From NCBI GenBank assembly GCA_040285825.1, contig JAUPSS010000014.1:190337-254336 (forward strand): a stretch of DNA of 64,000 nucleotides, written 5' to 3'. The stretch's first letter is position 1, and each line of letters opens with the position of its first letter. The notes under the pieces are model-generated. The model saw nothing but the letters and a program-made list of their open reading frames with translations, ran no database searches and was not told the DNA's origin. The DNA is from Eukaryota sp. TZLM1-RC. Lineage: Eukaryota > Protista > Metamonada: BaSk clade. Of this stretch, positions 46,672 to 62,031 are shown piece by piece. Position numbers and translations under genes: made by a program.

Positions 46672-49600
46672 CTAATCCACAAAGCCTGGTACAGCATAAC
46701 GTGACCCTCGATGTTGTGGCTTAGAGCGAAGAACTAAGGGTGTGGGTAATGAATTACTCAAGGAATAGAATGCCTTTTCAACATGTAAATCTGCTTTAGA
46801 GTTGTGTGAAATTACAGTTTTTAAAGGTGATAATTTGTGAACCTTCTTTAAATGTTGCTTCTGTCTTCTTCGTCCAAGTCCAATTGAAACAAGGAACAAC
46901 AATCGCTTTCTCTCAAGAAATAGTAGGAAAGTTAAAATTAAACTCATCAATATCAATGAAATATACCTCCAATATGAAGGTTGCTCCACAGTGGGGAAAA
47001 CAACAATAGCTAAAACGGACTGGTCTAACGACGCAGAATGTTGATAATACACATCGACCAAATACAAAGAACGAGTGGTGACTTGGGGCAAGGGAAAAGG
47101 TACCATGCACACTACCTCGTTACAGTCCAAATCTTTAGGTTGTATCAAGATTGTATTGGCAAGTAAAGAATTGAGACATGACAGTTGATGTACATCAAAT
47201 ACACCAAATAAGTTTAAAGGACACAAATGCAGTGACTCTACAATTAAATGTCGCATTCCAAAAAAATAAAGATATCCAAATTCCCCTGAATCAAAGCAGC
47301 ATGGTTCGTGGAGTCCTGAAATGCCAGAGAAAGAAGGGAAAAATGTAGTCAAGTCTTGAGAGTTTGTCATTAAATAGCAAGCGGTGGAGTTGTCAAGATT
47401 GAATAGAGATGGAAGTTCAACGAGTTCGACTACAATATTAACCAAAAAACCACCAAAAAAATTTGTTAAAGTGTAGGTTCCAAGAAGATCTTGCAATGAT
47501 TCTGCTTGGTTTGATATCGTGTATTGGGAATCATGGCTCTTGAAATCTACATTACCTTCAGCAAGTACTTTGTCAAACTGAAAATGAGAGGAAAACTGGA
47601 TTGTCATCTCATAGAACAAATCTACGACATTGAATGCTATGAAAAGATATTTGAGGTCTGATTCCATTATATGACTACCAGTAGACGTGATATTAGTAAT
47701 TACTGCTATTGAGTTGATGGAGAATGGCCTTTTGAAACCACCTAGATCAACATGACCTCCACCTAGAGTATCAATAAGGTTCACGCCAAGCAATCCATCA
47801 AACAATATCAGTGGGCTCTGAGAGTAGAGGTAAAACTTGTCATAAAGACATTGTAACAAGTGTTGCAGACTAACAAAATTAGTATAAGAAACGACACCAC
47901 AACTAACTGCTTGTTGTTCCCAGAATAGATCATCAAAATAAGTAGGATAATAGAAATTGTTGATTGATGTAGATAAATTAGCATGGGGTGCTGAGAATGA
48001 CATGATGTATGATGGGAAATCAGGCACTCTTCTTGCACATTGATTACTTGAAACTTCATCTTTGAGAAAAAGAATCTGCCAGAACAGACCATTTCGAACA
48101 TATGGCACAACAACAGAGAAGAAGTGAGTAGATTGATCAGCCTGAAAGCTATCAATTCTGACATGTGGTAAAGGATCATCAATCAGCAAGCAAGTTTCAC
48201 ATGACCCATAGTACCAATTGTGATAGCGACGGAAGGTGGGAAAACCATTATCATTAGCAGCATCACACAGAGATTCATCAAATGCCCATCCACAATTGGG
48301 ATATGAAACGCAAAGAGAACATGAAGGTACCTCAGCACATGTTAGGTGACAAGAATCTCCTTCAAAACAATAACAACCAAATTGGTCGCAGTAACCATTG
48401 TCTAGTAGCAAAATACCCTCACCAACAATAGAACCGTGGTATGTGAAAATGCCAGGGGAAACCATTGGAGTGTTGTTTAAAGCTATGACAAACTGAGATT
48501 CTGATGCTATGTCTGCAGTGGAGATGAGTACATCGTGATGAAGCTCAACTTTTCCACGGGAGAAATCAAGTAGATGTATCATGGACCCATTTTCTAGAAC
48601 AACTGGCGGATCCAAGCAATCCAATGAACAATCTAGATCGATCGTCAAACGGTCAATAGTGGCTGAGGACTTTACCAATAAATAACCATAAAGAATTAGT
48701 AATTCGTTGCGAAGAGGGGTGGTGATGGTCACGGAAGCCCCCTCCACTATTAAAAGTCCAGCATAATGATCGAAATCACCATCAAGAAGTGCATTACCGC
48801 CTTCCAATCTCACTTCACTTTCACCACAACCATGCAAACTCTCAACATAACCAAAGTTCTCAAAATTTGAGGTTATAATAATCGTTTTACAGAGCAAAAT
48901 TCTGCCGTAATTGTGAAGTTTAACATTGAAAGTTACAGTATTAAAACCTGGAAAGACCATGATCCCATGATTAACAACAGAGCCGTTGTTGTTATTGTGA
49001 AGTAACAGATCAGTTTGGTTGGCCACAAGAGTACCCAAGGCTTGAATAACAACAGCAGCACCATATAAAAGCTCTAGTTCATTGGTGTTGAGATGGCAAG
49101 TTCCTGAAATAACCAAATTTCTGTGTGAAATGCTCAAATGTTGAGACAAACTACTGGTAATGAGAGCTCTATGGGTTATAAAAGTTGAAGCAATGTGTGC
49201 AGGAGTAGTAGAACTGAGTTGCCCACCATTCCAAAACAGAGAATTGGTGATAATAACATCGGAAGCCCCAGTACTGTGACCAGAATATTGGTAAAAATCC
49301 GTAACAAAAACATAACCAATGCATGATGAATTGAAAATAGAAGAGTCATTCAAAGTAATTAAATCAAAGGATAGTTCACAAAGACCACTGGTTGCTTCAA
49401 AAACAGATTGATCTACAAGCACAAGAGTCAGATTGGAAGCGAGACACTTATTAGCTTGAGATAAGCTGACAACCGAATCACCCATAATCTCCATAAATGA
49501 ATCGGTAATCAAACCATCAAAATACGAAATATTCAAAATAGATTTGTTATAAAAGTAGAGTTTGCTGTTGTCAACCAGTGGTGAACCATCAACTACCATC

Positions 49601-52600
49601 ATTTCAGAAGAGTTCATAGCGACGGTGGAATTGATAATATTAAAGGAAAACAATCGAATAATCGAATTAATAAAATAAATATTAGAGTTGAAAGAAACCA
49701 AGCCAGATAATTCATTGGTGGTCAACTGATTAAAAGTACTGAAAGTTATTAAAAATTCCGATGTGGTTATTTGGAATAGAGTAGTTTCAAACGATGTAGA
49801 AATTTCAATATCCAAGGCTACCCCAGTAAAAACAGAATTGCTAATGTCAAACAAGTTCTGAGGTGTTGAATGACTTAAATGGAAGTTTTCAAACAAAAGA
49901 ATCGAATCATTAGAAACTAGAAAACTATTGGTGGTAGAAAATCGATCTACATCAACAGAAACTATATTCAATTTTGAACTAATCGCTTTAAAAACGGTAC
50001 CATTCAGTATGGAAAGAGTGCAGTTAAAGAATCCTAGGTGCGAATTGGTTAATGCAACATGTCCAGAAGCTTGTGAATCTAATACATCAACATTAGTAAA
50101 GGTAACATCTGCATTGTTAATACCAACAAGAGTTTGGGACAAATAGCCAATAAGTGAGGAATCAGCCAAAGTAACCTCTGAATTATCAACAGTAAATAGA
50201 GGATCAGTAAAAGAACAAGTTACAGTAGTTGAAGTAGTAGATTCCTTGACAATATTGATGTTATCTAAGGTTAATTCAGAAGCACTGGAAACATCAAATA
50301 AAGATCCACTATAAGTATTGGGATGAGATACCTTGAAGTCATCAATTTTAATAGTAGAATCAATAGATTCAAAAGCTGGTCTTACACAAGAATTAATAAT
50401 TTCAATTTGTTTAAAATCAACAGTGGATGAATCAGTAACCATCATTGGATCATTGTCAGTAGTGGTATCAATAACTTTAACATTTAAACCCTCGACTTTA
50501 GAATCACTCTTTACGTCAAAAACTTTACCTTCCAGACCTTGGAAATTGGCATTATTCATAGTTAAATTAGTATTTGTTAATTCAATTTGACCATCATGAG
50601 CAGTTGAATCACGAACAAGAACAGATTCTAAATCAATAGTAGAATCAGTAGCAACAATAGATTGAGATTGACAACCAGCAACAACTACATTATCAAAATC
50701 AACATTAGATTTAACAAGGGTAATAAGAGGTTCATCATTAGCACATCCACTAATAACTTTACCATCAGAATCAACTGGACCTAAAGTTTTGACATTGGTG
50801 AAATCCAGGGTTGAGTCATCACCATTGATAAATGAACCAGTATTAGATTCATGGTGAACAATATAAAGGTCAGTAATGGTAATTGTGGAAGTTTTGGAAT
50901 CAATAATGTTGCTGAATTTGGTATCGGAAAGGTCAACAGTGGCAAAGGTAAGCTCAGAATTATTAATCAAAATGATTGAATCAGTGGTTGAATCTGAGTC
51001 GGAAATACTAACATTGGTTCCAGTAACTTTAGTATTATCTTTAATATTGAAAACTTTACCTTCCAGACCTTGGAAATTGGCATAATTCATAGTCAAATTA
51101 GTATTTGTTAATTCAATGTGACCATCATGAGCAGCTGAATCACGAACAAGAGCAGATTCTAAATCAATAGTAGAATCAGTAGCAACAATTGATTGAGATT
51201 GACAACCAACAACAACTACATCATCAAAATCAACATTAGATTTAACAAGGGTAATAAGTGGTTCATCATTAGCACATCCACTAATAACTTTACCATCAGA
51301 ATCAACTGGACCTAAAGTTTTGACATTGGTGAAATCCAAGGTTGAGTCATCAGCATTGATAATTGAACCAGTATTAGATTCATGGTGAACAATATCAAAG
51401 TCAGTAATGATAATTGTGGAAGTTTTGGAATCAATAATGTTGCTGAATTTGGTATCAGAAAGGTCAACAGTGGCTAAGGTAAGCTCAGAATTATCAATCA
51501 AAATGATTGAATCAGTAGTTGAATCTGAGTCGGAAATACCAACATTGGTTCCAGTAACTTTAGTATTATCTTTAATATTGAAAACTTTACCTTCAAGACC
51601 TTGAAAATTGGCATTATTCATAGTCAAATTAGTATTAGTTAATTCAAAGTGACCATCATGAGCAGTTGAATCACGAACAAGAACAGTTTCTAAATCAATA
51701 GTAGAATCAGTAGCAACAATAGATTGAGATTGACAACCAACAACAACTACATCATCAAAATCAACATTAGATTCAACAAGGGTAATAAGAGGTTCATCAT
51801 TAGCACATCCACTAATAACTTTACCATCAGAATCAACTGGACCTAAAGTTTTGACATTGGTGAAATCCAAGGTTGAGTCATCAGCATTGATAAATGAACC
51901 AGTATTAGATTCATGGTGAACAATATCAAAGTCAGTAATGGTAATTGTGGAAGTTTTGGAATCAATAATGTTGCTGAATTTGGTATCGGAAAGGTCAACA
52001 GTGGCCAAAGTAAGCTCAGAATTATCAATCAAAATGATTGAATCAGTGGTTGAATCTGAGTCAGAAATACCAACATTGGTTCCAGTAACTTTAGTATTAT
52101 CTTGAATATTGAAAACTTTGCCTTCCAGACCTTGGAAATTGGCACTATTCATAGTCAAATTAGTATTTGTTAATTCAAAGTGACCATCATTAGCAGTTGA
52201 ATCACGAACAAGAACAGTTTCTAAATCAATAGTAGAATCAGTAGCAACAATTGATTGAGATTGACAACCAACAACAACTACATCATCAAAATCAACATTA
52301 GATTTAACAAGGGTAATAAGAGGTTCATCATTAGCACATCCACTAATAACTTTACCATCAGAATCAACTGGACCTAAAGTTTTGACATTGGTGAAATCCA
52401 AGGTTGAGTCATCAGCATTGATAAATGAACCAGTATTAGATTCATGGTGAACAATATCAAAGTCAGTAATGGTAATTGTGGAAGTTTTGGAATCAATAAT
52501 GTTGCTGAATTTGGTATCAGAAAGGTCAACAGTGGCCAAGGTAAGCTCAGAATTATCAATCAAAATGATTGAATCAGTGGTTAAATCTGAGTCAGAAATA

Positions 52601-55600
52601 CCAACATTGGTTCCAGTAACTTTAGTATTATCTTTAATATTGAAAACTTTGCCTTCCAGACCTTGGAAATTGGCACTATTCATAGTCAAATTAGTATTTG
52701 TTAATTCAAAGTGACCATCATTAGCAGTTGAATCACGAACAAGAACAGTTTCTAAATCAATAGTAGAATCAGTAGCAACAATTGATTGAGATTGACAACC
52801 AACAACAACTACATCATCAAAATCAACATTAGATTTAACAAGGGTAATAAGAGGTTCATCATTAGCACATCCACTAATAACTTTACCATCAGAATCAACT
52901 GGACCTAAAGTTTTGACATTGGTGAAATCCAAGGTTGAGTCATCAGCATTGATAAATGAACCAGTATTAGATTCATGGTGAACAATATCAAAGTCAGTAA
53001 TGGTAATTGTGGAAGTTTTGGAATCAATAATGTTGCTGAATTTGGTATCAGAAAGGTCAACAGTGGCCAAAGTAAGCTCAGAATTATCAATCAAAATGAT
53101 TGAATCAGTGGTTGAATCTGAGTCAGAAATACCAACATTGGTTCCAGTAACTTTAGTATTATCTTTAATATTGAAAACTTTGCCTTCCAGACCTTGGAAA
53201 TTGGCACTATTCATAGTCAAATTAGTATTTGTTAATTCAAAGTGACCATCATTAGCAGTTGAATCACGAACAAGAACAGTTTCTAAATCAATAGTAGAAT
53301 CAGTAGCAACAATTGATTGAGATTGACAACCAACAACAACTACATCATCAAAATCAACATTAGATTTAACAAGGGTAATAAGAGGTTCATCATTAGCACA
53401 TCCACTAATAACTTTACCATCAGAATCAACTGGACCTAAAGTTTTGACATTGGTGAAATCCAAGGTTGAGTCATCAGCATTGATAAATGAACCAGTATTA
53501 GATTCATGGTGAACAATATCAAAGTCAGTAATGGTAATTGTGGAAGTTTTGGAATCAATAATGTTGCTGAATTTGGTATCAGAAAGGTCAACAGTGGCCA
53601 AAGTAAGCTCAGAATTATCAATCAAAATGATTGAATCAGTGGTTGAATCTGAGTCAGAAATACCAACATTGGTTCCAGTAACTTTAGTATTATCTTTAAT
53701 ATTGAAAACTTTGCCTTCCAGACCTTGGAAATTGGCACTATTCATAGTCAAATTAGTATTTGTTAATTCAAAGTGACCATCATTAGCAGTTGAATCACGA
53801 ACAAGAACAGTTTCTAAATCAATCGTAGAATCAGTAGCAACAATTGATTGAGATTGACAACCAACAACAACTACATCATCAAAATCAACATTAGATTTAA
53901 CAAGGGTAATAAGAGGTTCATCATTAGCACATCCACTAATAACTTTACCATCAGAATCAACTGGACCTAAAGTTTTGACATTGGTGAAATCCAAGGTTGA
54001 GTCATCAGCATTGATAAATGAACCAGTATTAGATTCATGGTGAACAATATCAAAGTCAGTAATGGTAATTGTGGAAGTTTTGGAATCAATAATGTTGCTG
54101 AATTTGGTATCGGAAAGGTCAACAGTGGCCAAGGTAAGCTCAGAATTATCAATCAATATGATTGAATCAGTGGTTGAATCTGAGTCAGAAATACCAACAT
54201 TGGTTCCAGTAACTTTAGTATTATCTTTAATATTGAAAACTTTGCCTTCCAGACCTTGGAAATTGGCACTATTCATAGTAAAATTAGTATTTGTTAATTC
54301 AAAGTGACCATCATTAGCAGTTGAATCACGAACAAGAACAGTTTCTAAATCAATAGTAGAATCAGTAGCAACAATTGATTGAGATTGACAACCAACAACA
54401 ACTACATCATCAAAATCAACATTAGATTTAACAAGGGTAATAAGAGGTTCATCATTAGCACATCCACTAATAACTTTACCATCAGAATCAACTGGACCTA
54501 AAGTTTTGACATTGGTGAAATCCAAGGTTGAGTCATCAGCATTGATAAATGAACCAGTATTAGATTCATGGTGAACAATATCAAAGTCAGTAATGGTAAT
54601 TGTGGAAGTTTTGGAATCAATAATGTTGCTGAATTTGGTATCAGAAAGGTCAACAGTGGCCAAGGTAAGCTCAGAATTATCAATCAAAATGATTGAATCA
54701 GTGGTTGAATCTGAGTCAGAAATACCAACATTGGTTCCAGTAACTTTAGTATTATCTTTAATATTGAAAACTTTGCCTTCCAGACCTTGGAAATTGGCAC
54801 TATTCATAGTAAAATTAGTATTTGTTAATTCAAAGTGACCATCATTAGCAGTTGAATCACGAACAAGAACAGTTTCTAAATCAATAGTAGAATCAGTAGC
54901 AACAATTGATTGAGATTGACAACCAACAACAACTACATCATCAAAATCAACATTAGATTTAACAAGGGTAATAAGAGGTTCATCATTAGCACATCCACTA
55001 ATAACTTTACCATCAGAATCAACTGGACCTAAAGTTTTGACATTGGTGAAATCCAAGGTTGAGTCATCAGCATTGATAAATGAACCAGTATTAGATTCAT
55101 GGTGAACAATATCAAAGTCAGTAATGGTAATTGTGGAAGTTTTGGAATCAATAATGTTGCTGAATTTGGTATCAGAAAGGTCAACAGTGGCCAAGGTAAG
55201 CTCAGAATTATCAATCAAAATGATTGAATCAGTGGTTGAATCTGAGTCAGAAATACCAACATTGGTTCCAGTAACTTTAGTATTATCTTTAATATTGAAA
55301 ACTTTGCCTTCCAGACCTTGGAAATTGGCACTATTCATAGTCAAATTAGTATTTGTTAATTCAAAGTGACCATCATTAGCAGTTGAATCACGAACAAGAA
55401 CAGTTTCTAAATCAATAGTAGAATCAGTAGCAACAATTGATTGAGATTGACAACCAACAACAACTACATCATCAAAATCAACATTAGATTTAACAAGGGT
55501 AATAAGAGGTTCATCATTAGCACATCCACTAATAACTTTACCATCAGAATCAACTGGACCTAAAGTTTTGACATTGGTGAAATCCAAGGTTGAGTCATCA

Positions 55601-58600
55601 GCATTGATAAATTGAACCAGTATTAGATTCATGGTGAACAATATCAAAGTCAGTAATGGTAATTGTGGAAGTTTTGGAATCAATAATGTTGCTGAATTTG
55701 GTATCAGAAAGGTCAACAGTGGCCAAGGTAAGCTCAGAATTATCAATCAAAATGATTGAATCAGTGGTTGAATCTGAGTCAGAAATACCAACATTGGTTC
55801 CAGTAACTTTAGTATTATCTTTAATATTGAAAACTTTGCCTTCCAGACCTTGGAAATTGGCACTATTCATAGTCAAATTAGTATTTGTTAATTCAAAGTG
55901 ACCATCATTAGCAGTTGAATCACGAACAAGAACAGTTTCTAAATCAATAGTAGAATCAGTAGCAACAATTGATTGAGATTGACAACCAACAACAACTACA
56001 TCATCAAAATCAACATTAGATTTAACAAGGGTAATAAGAGGTTCATCATTAGCACATCCACTAATAACTTTACCATCAGAATCAACTGGACCTAAAGTTT
56101 TGACATTGGTGAAATCCAAGGTTGAGTCATCAGCATTGATAATTGAACCAGTATTAGATTCATGGTGAACAATATCAAAGTCAGTAATGGTAATTGTGGA
56201 AGTTTTGGAATCAATAATGTTGCTGAATTTGGTATCAGAAAGGTCAACAGTGGCCAAGGTAAGCTCAGAATTATCAATCAAAATGATTGAATCAGTGGTT
56301 GAATCTGAGTCAGAAATACCAACATTGGTTCCAGTAACTTTAGTATTATCTTTAATATTGAAAACTTTGCCTTCCAGACCTTGGAAATTGGCACTATTCA
56401 TAGTCAAATTAGTATTTGTTAATTCAAAGTGACCATCATTAGCAGTTGAATCACGAACAAGAACAGTTTCTAAATCAATAGTAGAATCAGTAGCAACAAT
56501 TGATTGAGATTGACAACCAACAACAACTACATCATCAAAATCAACATTAGATTTAACAAGGGTAATAAGAGGTTCATCATTAGCACATCCACTAATAACT
56601 TTACCATCAGAATCAACTGGACCTAAAGTTTTGACATTGGTGAAATCCAAGGTTGAGTCATCAGCATTGATAAATGAACCAGTATTAGATTCATGGTGAA
56701 CAATATCAAAGTCAGTAATGGTAATTGTGGAAGTTTTGGAATCAATAATGTTGCTGAATTTGGTATCAGAAAGGTCAACAGTGGCCAAGGTAAGCTCAGA
56801 ATTATCAATCAAAATGATTGAATCAGTGGTTGAATCTGAGTCAGAAATACCAACATTGGTTCCAGTAACTTTAGTATTATCTTTAATATTGAAAACTTTG
56901 CCTTCCAGACCTTGGAAATTGGCACTATTCATAGTCAAATTAGTATTTGTTAATTCAAAGTGACCATCATTAGCAGTTGAATCACGAACAAGAACAGTTT
57001 CTAAATCAATAGTAGAATCAGTAGCAACAATTGATTGAGATTGACAACCAACAACAACTACATCATCAAAATCAACATTAGATTTAACAAGGGTAATAAG
57101 AGGTTCATCATTAGCACATCCACTAATAACTTTACCATCAGAATCAACTGGACCTAAAGTTTTGACATTGGTGAAATCCAAGGTTGAGTCATCAGCATTG
57201 ATAATTGAACCAGTATTAGATTCATGGTGAACAATATCAAAGTCAGTAATGGTAATTGTGGAAGTTTTGGAATCAATAATGTTGCTGAATTTGGTATCAG
57301 AAAGGTCAACAGTGGCCAAGGTAAGCTCAGAATTATCAATCAAAATGATTGAATCAGTGGTTGAATCTGAGTCAGAAATACCAACATTGGTTCCAGTAAC
57401 TTTAGTATTATCTTTAATATTGAAAACTTTGCCTTCCAGACCTTGGAAATTGGCACTATTCATAGTCAAATTAGTATTTGTTAATTCAAAGTGACCATCA
57501 TTAGCAGTTGAATCACGAACAAGAACAGTTTCTAAATCAATAGTAGAATCAGTAGCAACAATTGATTGAGATTGACAACCAACAACAACTACATCATCAA
57601 AATCAACATTAGATTTAACAAGGGTAATAAGAGGTTCATCATTAGCACATCCACTAATAACTTTACCATCAGAATCAACTGGACCTAAAGTTTTGACATT
57701 GGTGAAATCCAAGGTTGAGTCATCAGCATTGATAAATGAACCAGTATTAGATTCATGGTGAACAATATCAAAGTCAGTAATGGTAATTGTGGAAGTTTTG
57801 GAATCAATAATGTTGCTGAATTTGGTATCAGAAAGGTCAACAGTGGCCAAGGTAAGCTCAGAATTATCAATCAAAATGATTGAATCAGTGGTTGAATCTG
57901 AGTCAGAAATACCAACATTGGTTCCAGTAACTTTAGTATTATCTTTAATATTGAAAACTTTGCCTTCCAGACCTTGGAAATTGGCACTATTCATAGTCAA
58001 ATTAGTATTTGTTAATTCAAAGTGACCATCATTAGCAGTTGAATCACGAACAAGAACAGTTTCTAAATCAATAGTAGAATCAGTAGCAACAATTGATTGA
58101 GATTGACAACCAACAACAACTACATCATCAAAATCAACATTAGATTTAACAAGGGTAATAAGAGGTTCATCATTAGCACATCCACTAATAACTTTACCAT
58201 CAGAATCAACTGGACCTAAAGTTTTGACATTGGTGAAATCCAAGGTTGAGTCATCAGCATTGATAAATGAACCAGTATTAGATTCATGGTGAACAATATC
58301 AAAGTCAGTAATGGTAATTGTGGAAGTTTTGGAATCAATAATGTTGCTGAATTTGGTATCAGAAAGGTCAACAGTGGCCAAGGTAAGCTCAGAATTATCA
58401 ATCAAAATGATTGAATCAGTGGTTGAATCTGAGTCAGAAATACCAACATTGGTTCCAGTAACTTTAGTATTATCTTTAATATTGAAAACTTTGCCTTCCA
58501 GACCTTGGAAATTGGCACTATTCATAGTCAAATTAGTATTTCTTAATTCAAAGTGACCATCATTAGCAGTTGAATCACGAACAAGAACAGTTTCTAAATC

Positions 58601-60571
58601 AATAGTAGAATCAGTAGCAACAATTGATTGAGATTGACAACCAACAACAACTACATCATCAAAATCAACATTAGATTTAACAAGGGTAATAAGAGGTTCA
58701 TCATTAGCACATCCACTAATAACTTTACCATCAGAATCAACTGGACCTAAAGTTTTGACATTGGTGAAATCCAAGGTTGAGTCATCAGCATTGATAATTG
58801 AACCAGTATTAGATTCATGGTGAACAATATCAAAATCAGTAATGGTAATTGTGGAAGTTTTGGAATCAATAATGTTGCTGAATTTGGTATCAGAAAGGTC
58901 AACAGTGGCCAAGGTAAGCTCAGAATTATCAATCAAAATGATTGAATCAGTGGTTGAATCTGAGTCAGAAATACCAACATTGGTTCCAGTAACTTTAGTA
59001 TTATCTTTAATATTGAAAACTTTGCCTTCCAGACCTTGGAAATTGGCACTATTCATAGTCAAATTAGTATTTGTTAATTCAAAGTGACCATCATTAGCAG
59101 TTGAATCACGAGCAAGAACAGTTTCTAAATCAATAGTAGAATCAGTAGCAACAATTGATTGAGATTGACAACCAACAACAACTACATCATCAAAATCAAC
59201 ATTAGATTTAACAAGGGTAATAAGAGGTTCATCATTAGCACATCCACTAATAACTTTACCATCAGAATCAACTGGACCTAAAGTTTTGACATTGGTGAAA
59301 TCCAAGGTTGAGTCATCAGCATTGATAAATGAACCAGTATTAGATTCATGGTGAACAATATCAAAGTCAGTAATGGTAATTGTGGAAGTTTTGGAATCAA
59401 TAATGTTGCTGAATTTAGTATTTGAAATACATGTTTCTTGAATTAAAGCAAAAGAATTAACAAAATCAAAAGCTCCATAATTAGAATAGGAATCCTGTAT
59501 GGAATTATTGGTCAACTTTACAATGGAATTATCCCTTACTTCCAAAATTTTGCCACTTATGTTAGAGAACAGACAGTTGGTTATGAATACCTGGGAAGAA
59601 GTTACTGTTATAGTTGAGTTACTTTCACTAGCTGAAGACAACATTGAATTGGTCACGACAATATTGGAATTATCTGCATAAACAAAGGAATTTGACAATA
59701 GAGACATTGATATTGATGAAATGCTAATAGATGAATTAAAGCTATAAAAAAACTCAAACAAAAAGAAAGTATCAGCAGCAGCCATAATTTTTGCCATGTT
59801 AAAGTTGAAATTAAAAGAAGAAATAAAGTAATTTAAAAATGTTGAATTATGAATTGATAAAAACTCAATTGAGCTATCCAATTGATTAATGATACCACTT
59901 AGAAGATCATTGTTGAAAACAGTACGATTAGAATTTAAAAAAGAAAAGAAAACAGAGTCTTTGATAGAAACATTCGTGATTTCAAAATTGGAATTGATTG
60001 AATTAAAGAAAACAGAATTAGCAAAAATGTTGTGAATATGGAGGGAATTGACAAAACAAGTGGAATTAGAGAAACTAATAAAATTGGAATTAGAATTAAA
60101 AAGTGTAGAATTGGAAAGACTTAATGAAGAGTTGGCTAAATTAATCAGATAAAAAGTATTTACATTGCGAAAGTCTACCAATGAAAGTTCTACACTTGAA
60201 TCACTAGCTTGAACCACAGCATGAGTGCAATTTTCCACAACCATATTACGTAGAATCAAATTACTATGAGTAAGATTAAATAAAGGGCCGTTTAAACAAG
60301 TCAAAATAGTTGGTTCTGCTTCTGTATTCAAGGCAGAAAGTTCAACATCGGTATCAATAAGAGAATCTTCAAATGATGATTCAGTGAATGTTCCAGGAAG
60401 GAGAACTACATGTCCAGAATACAGTGGGGAGGTGATAGCATGAAAAAGAGTGAAACAAGGGTGGGAGAGTGTGCAGTTGTTGATATCATTCCCAATGTTA
60501 GAGAGATAGACATGGGATAATACTGTATTTAATAGAGCAGCAAAGAGCAGTAACTTCAGTAACTGTAGCAT
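46672..60571 (-). CDS. Giant (~4,630 aa) type I membrane protein: signal peptide, beta-helix repeats, PSI-like Cys domain, TM helix; one extra base at about 55611
   Basis: The 1657-aa and 3024-aa ORFs carry the same 177-aa repeat and join if one base in 55609-55613 is removed. N-terminal GND..C..PC.TL..A cap; CAEVPSCSLCVSYPNCGW; TM YISLILMSLILTFLLFL followed by ERKR. Confidence 0.88.
50517..59416 (-). repeat. Coding tandem array, about 16.8 x 531 bp (177 aa)
   Basis: ORF-track features recur every 531 bp (532 across the frameshift); units are nearly identical. Confidence 0.98.
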
Positions 60572-62031
60572 TCATGCCAATATCATTGAAACAGATGATG
60601 TCTATAACAATGAAATAAGTGTCCTTTTTACACCAATTTATAGGGTTTGAGTTTTTGAGAAGAAGACGATATTCTCCTTGATAGCTTTTTTCTTTGAACC
60701 TTTGTTAACCTTGGTTCTCTGCAGGTATTCCGGTCTATCTCCACCATTTACATGTGCTTCCATCACTGCCAACATATTAAGCGAAGCATTTCAATCTCTA
60801 TTCCACAAACTTTCGCATGATTTACACATGGTAAGCCCGTGGCGAATAGACATCTCATGCCTCTTCCATGGCCTAGGATTTCTGCACCATCGGAATGTTT
60901 CAACTGTTTTCCTTTGGTAGGTTCTTTGAATTTCATGTGTTTTCGTTGTTCCCAGTCTCCGATTCCAATAACTACTTGGCTGGGATCACCAATTACTGAT
61001 TTGAATCTCTGGATCATCTTCGCCTCAGGTCTTGTGCGATTAATCTCAGCCCACCATCTTTGTTTCCTAAATATTTTTTGATGATAGACTTCACCAACAA
61101 TACTATTCACATAATTCTTTTGTTTAATATACTCCATAAATCTATCAAACCTGCGGCTTTTGGAATTGAATTGGGATAAAGTTGCTTCCCATTCTGCTAC
61201 AGATTTAGTTTTTGTTCATTATTTCTCAAATTAAATGAGTATTCAACTTCGTGGGGAATATTGATTTCTTGAGGTACTTCACCTCTTAATAAACTAATTG
61301 TTCTTTCGGTCATTTGATTAATTATACTGCTGCTTAAATCCATCCTTTGTTGTTGCTCTTCAGATGGTTCATAATTGGATAGATCAATCACTCTACCAGA
61401 AGAGTTACTTATTGTGATAAGAGTGTCATTACGTATGATGTCTCTTATTCTTTTGAATTTGGAACTTTTCGATTCAAATCTTCATTGATTTTGAGTGAAC
61501 GTAAAATGAACATATTTATCTCTCTCAGGTTTTTTTTGAATAAGTCATTCCAGTAGCTAAATTGGCAGAAAAATAGAGTAGATCAGATTTTCCTGGATCA
61601 GCAGCGGCAGGGTCATATCTTGGTATTCAGAAGGATTGATGCTGGGGTCATCAATATATTTTTCCTTATCTTTTAACTCTTTTGCACTTACTTTGTACTT
61701 TTTCAAGTCCATTCTAGATTGAATGAAACTTACTGCTATTCCATCAATCTCGATACTAGACATGAAGAACTTGGAATTTTCTGAATAAAGTTTAGTGTTT
61801 TTAATCTCGTCCATTTTTAAAATGGTGTCCCATAAAACCAAATCAGGAGCTTGATTATTGCATTGGTAAGACGACCTTGGACCAAGAATATCCTTAAATT
61901 GGACAAAGAACAAGTCCAATAAACTTGTCTTGTCAATTCTGATATACGAGGGAATACAAGAATTCTTCAAAGGCAGAGCATGAAAGAGTTTACTCTCCTC
62001 ATCCTCTAAATAATTATTAATATAAAACATT

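Noticed and set aside
50876-59087. Repeated 61-aa and 81-aa ORFs within the array
   Set aside because: Alternative-frame and antisense shadows of the coding repeat.
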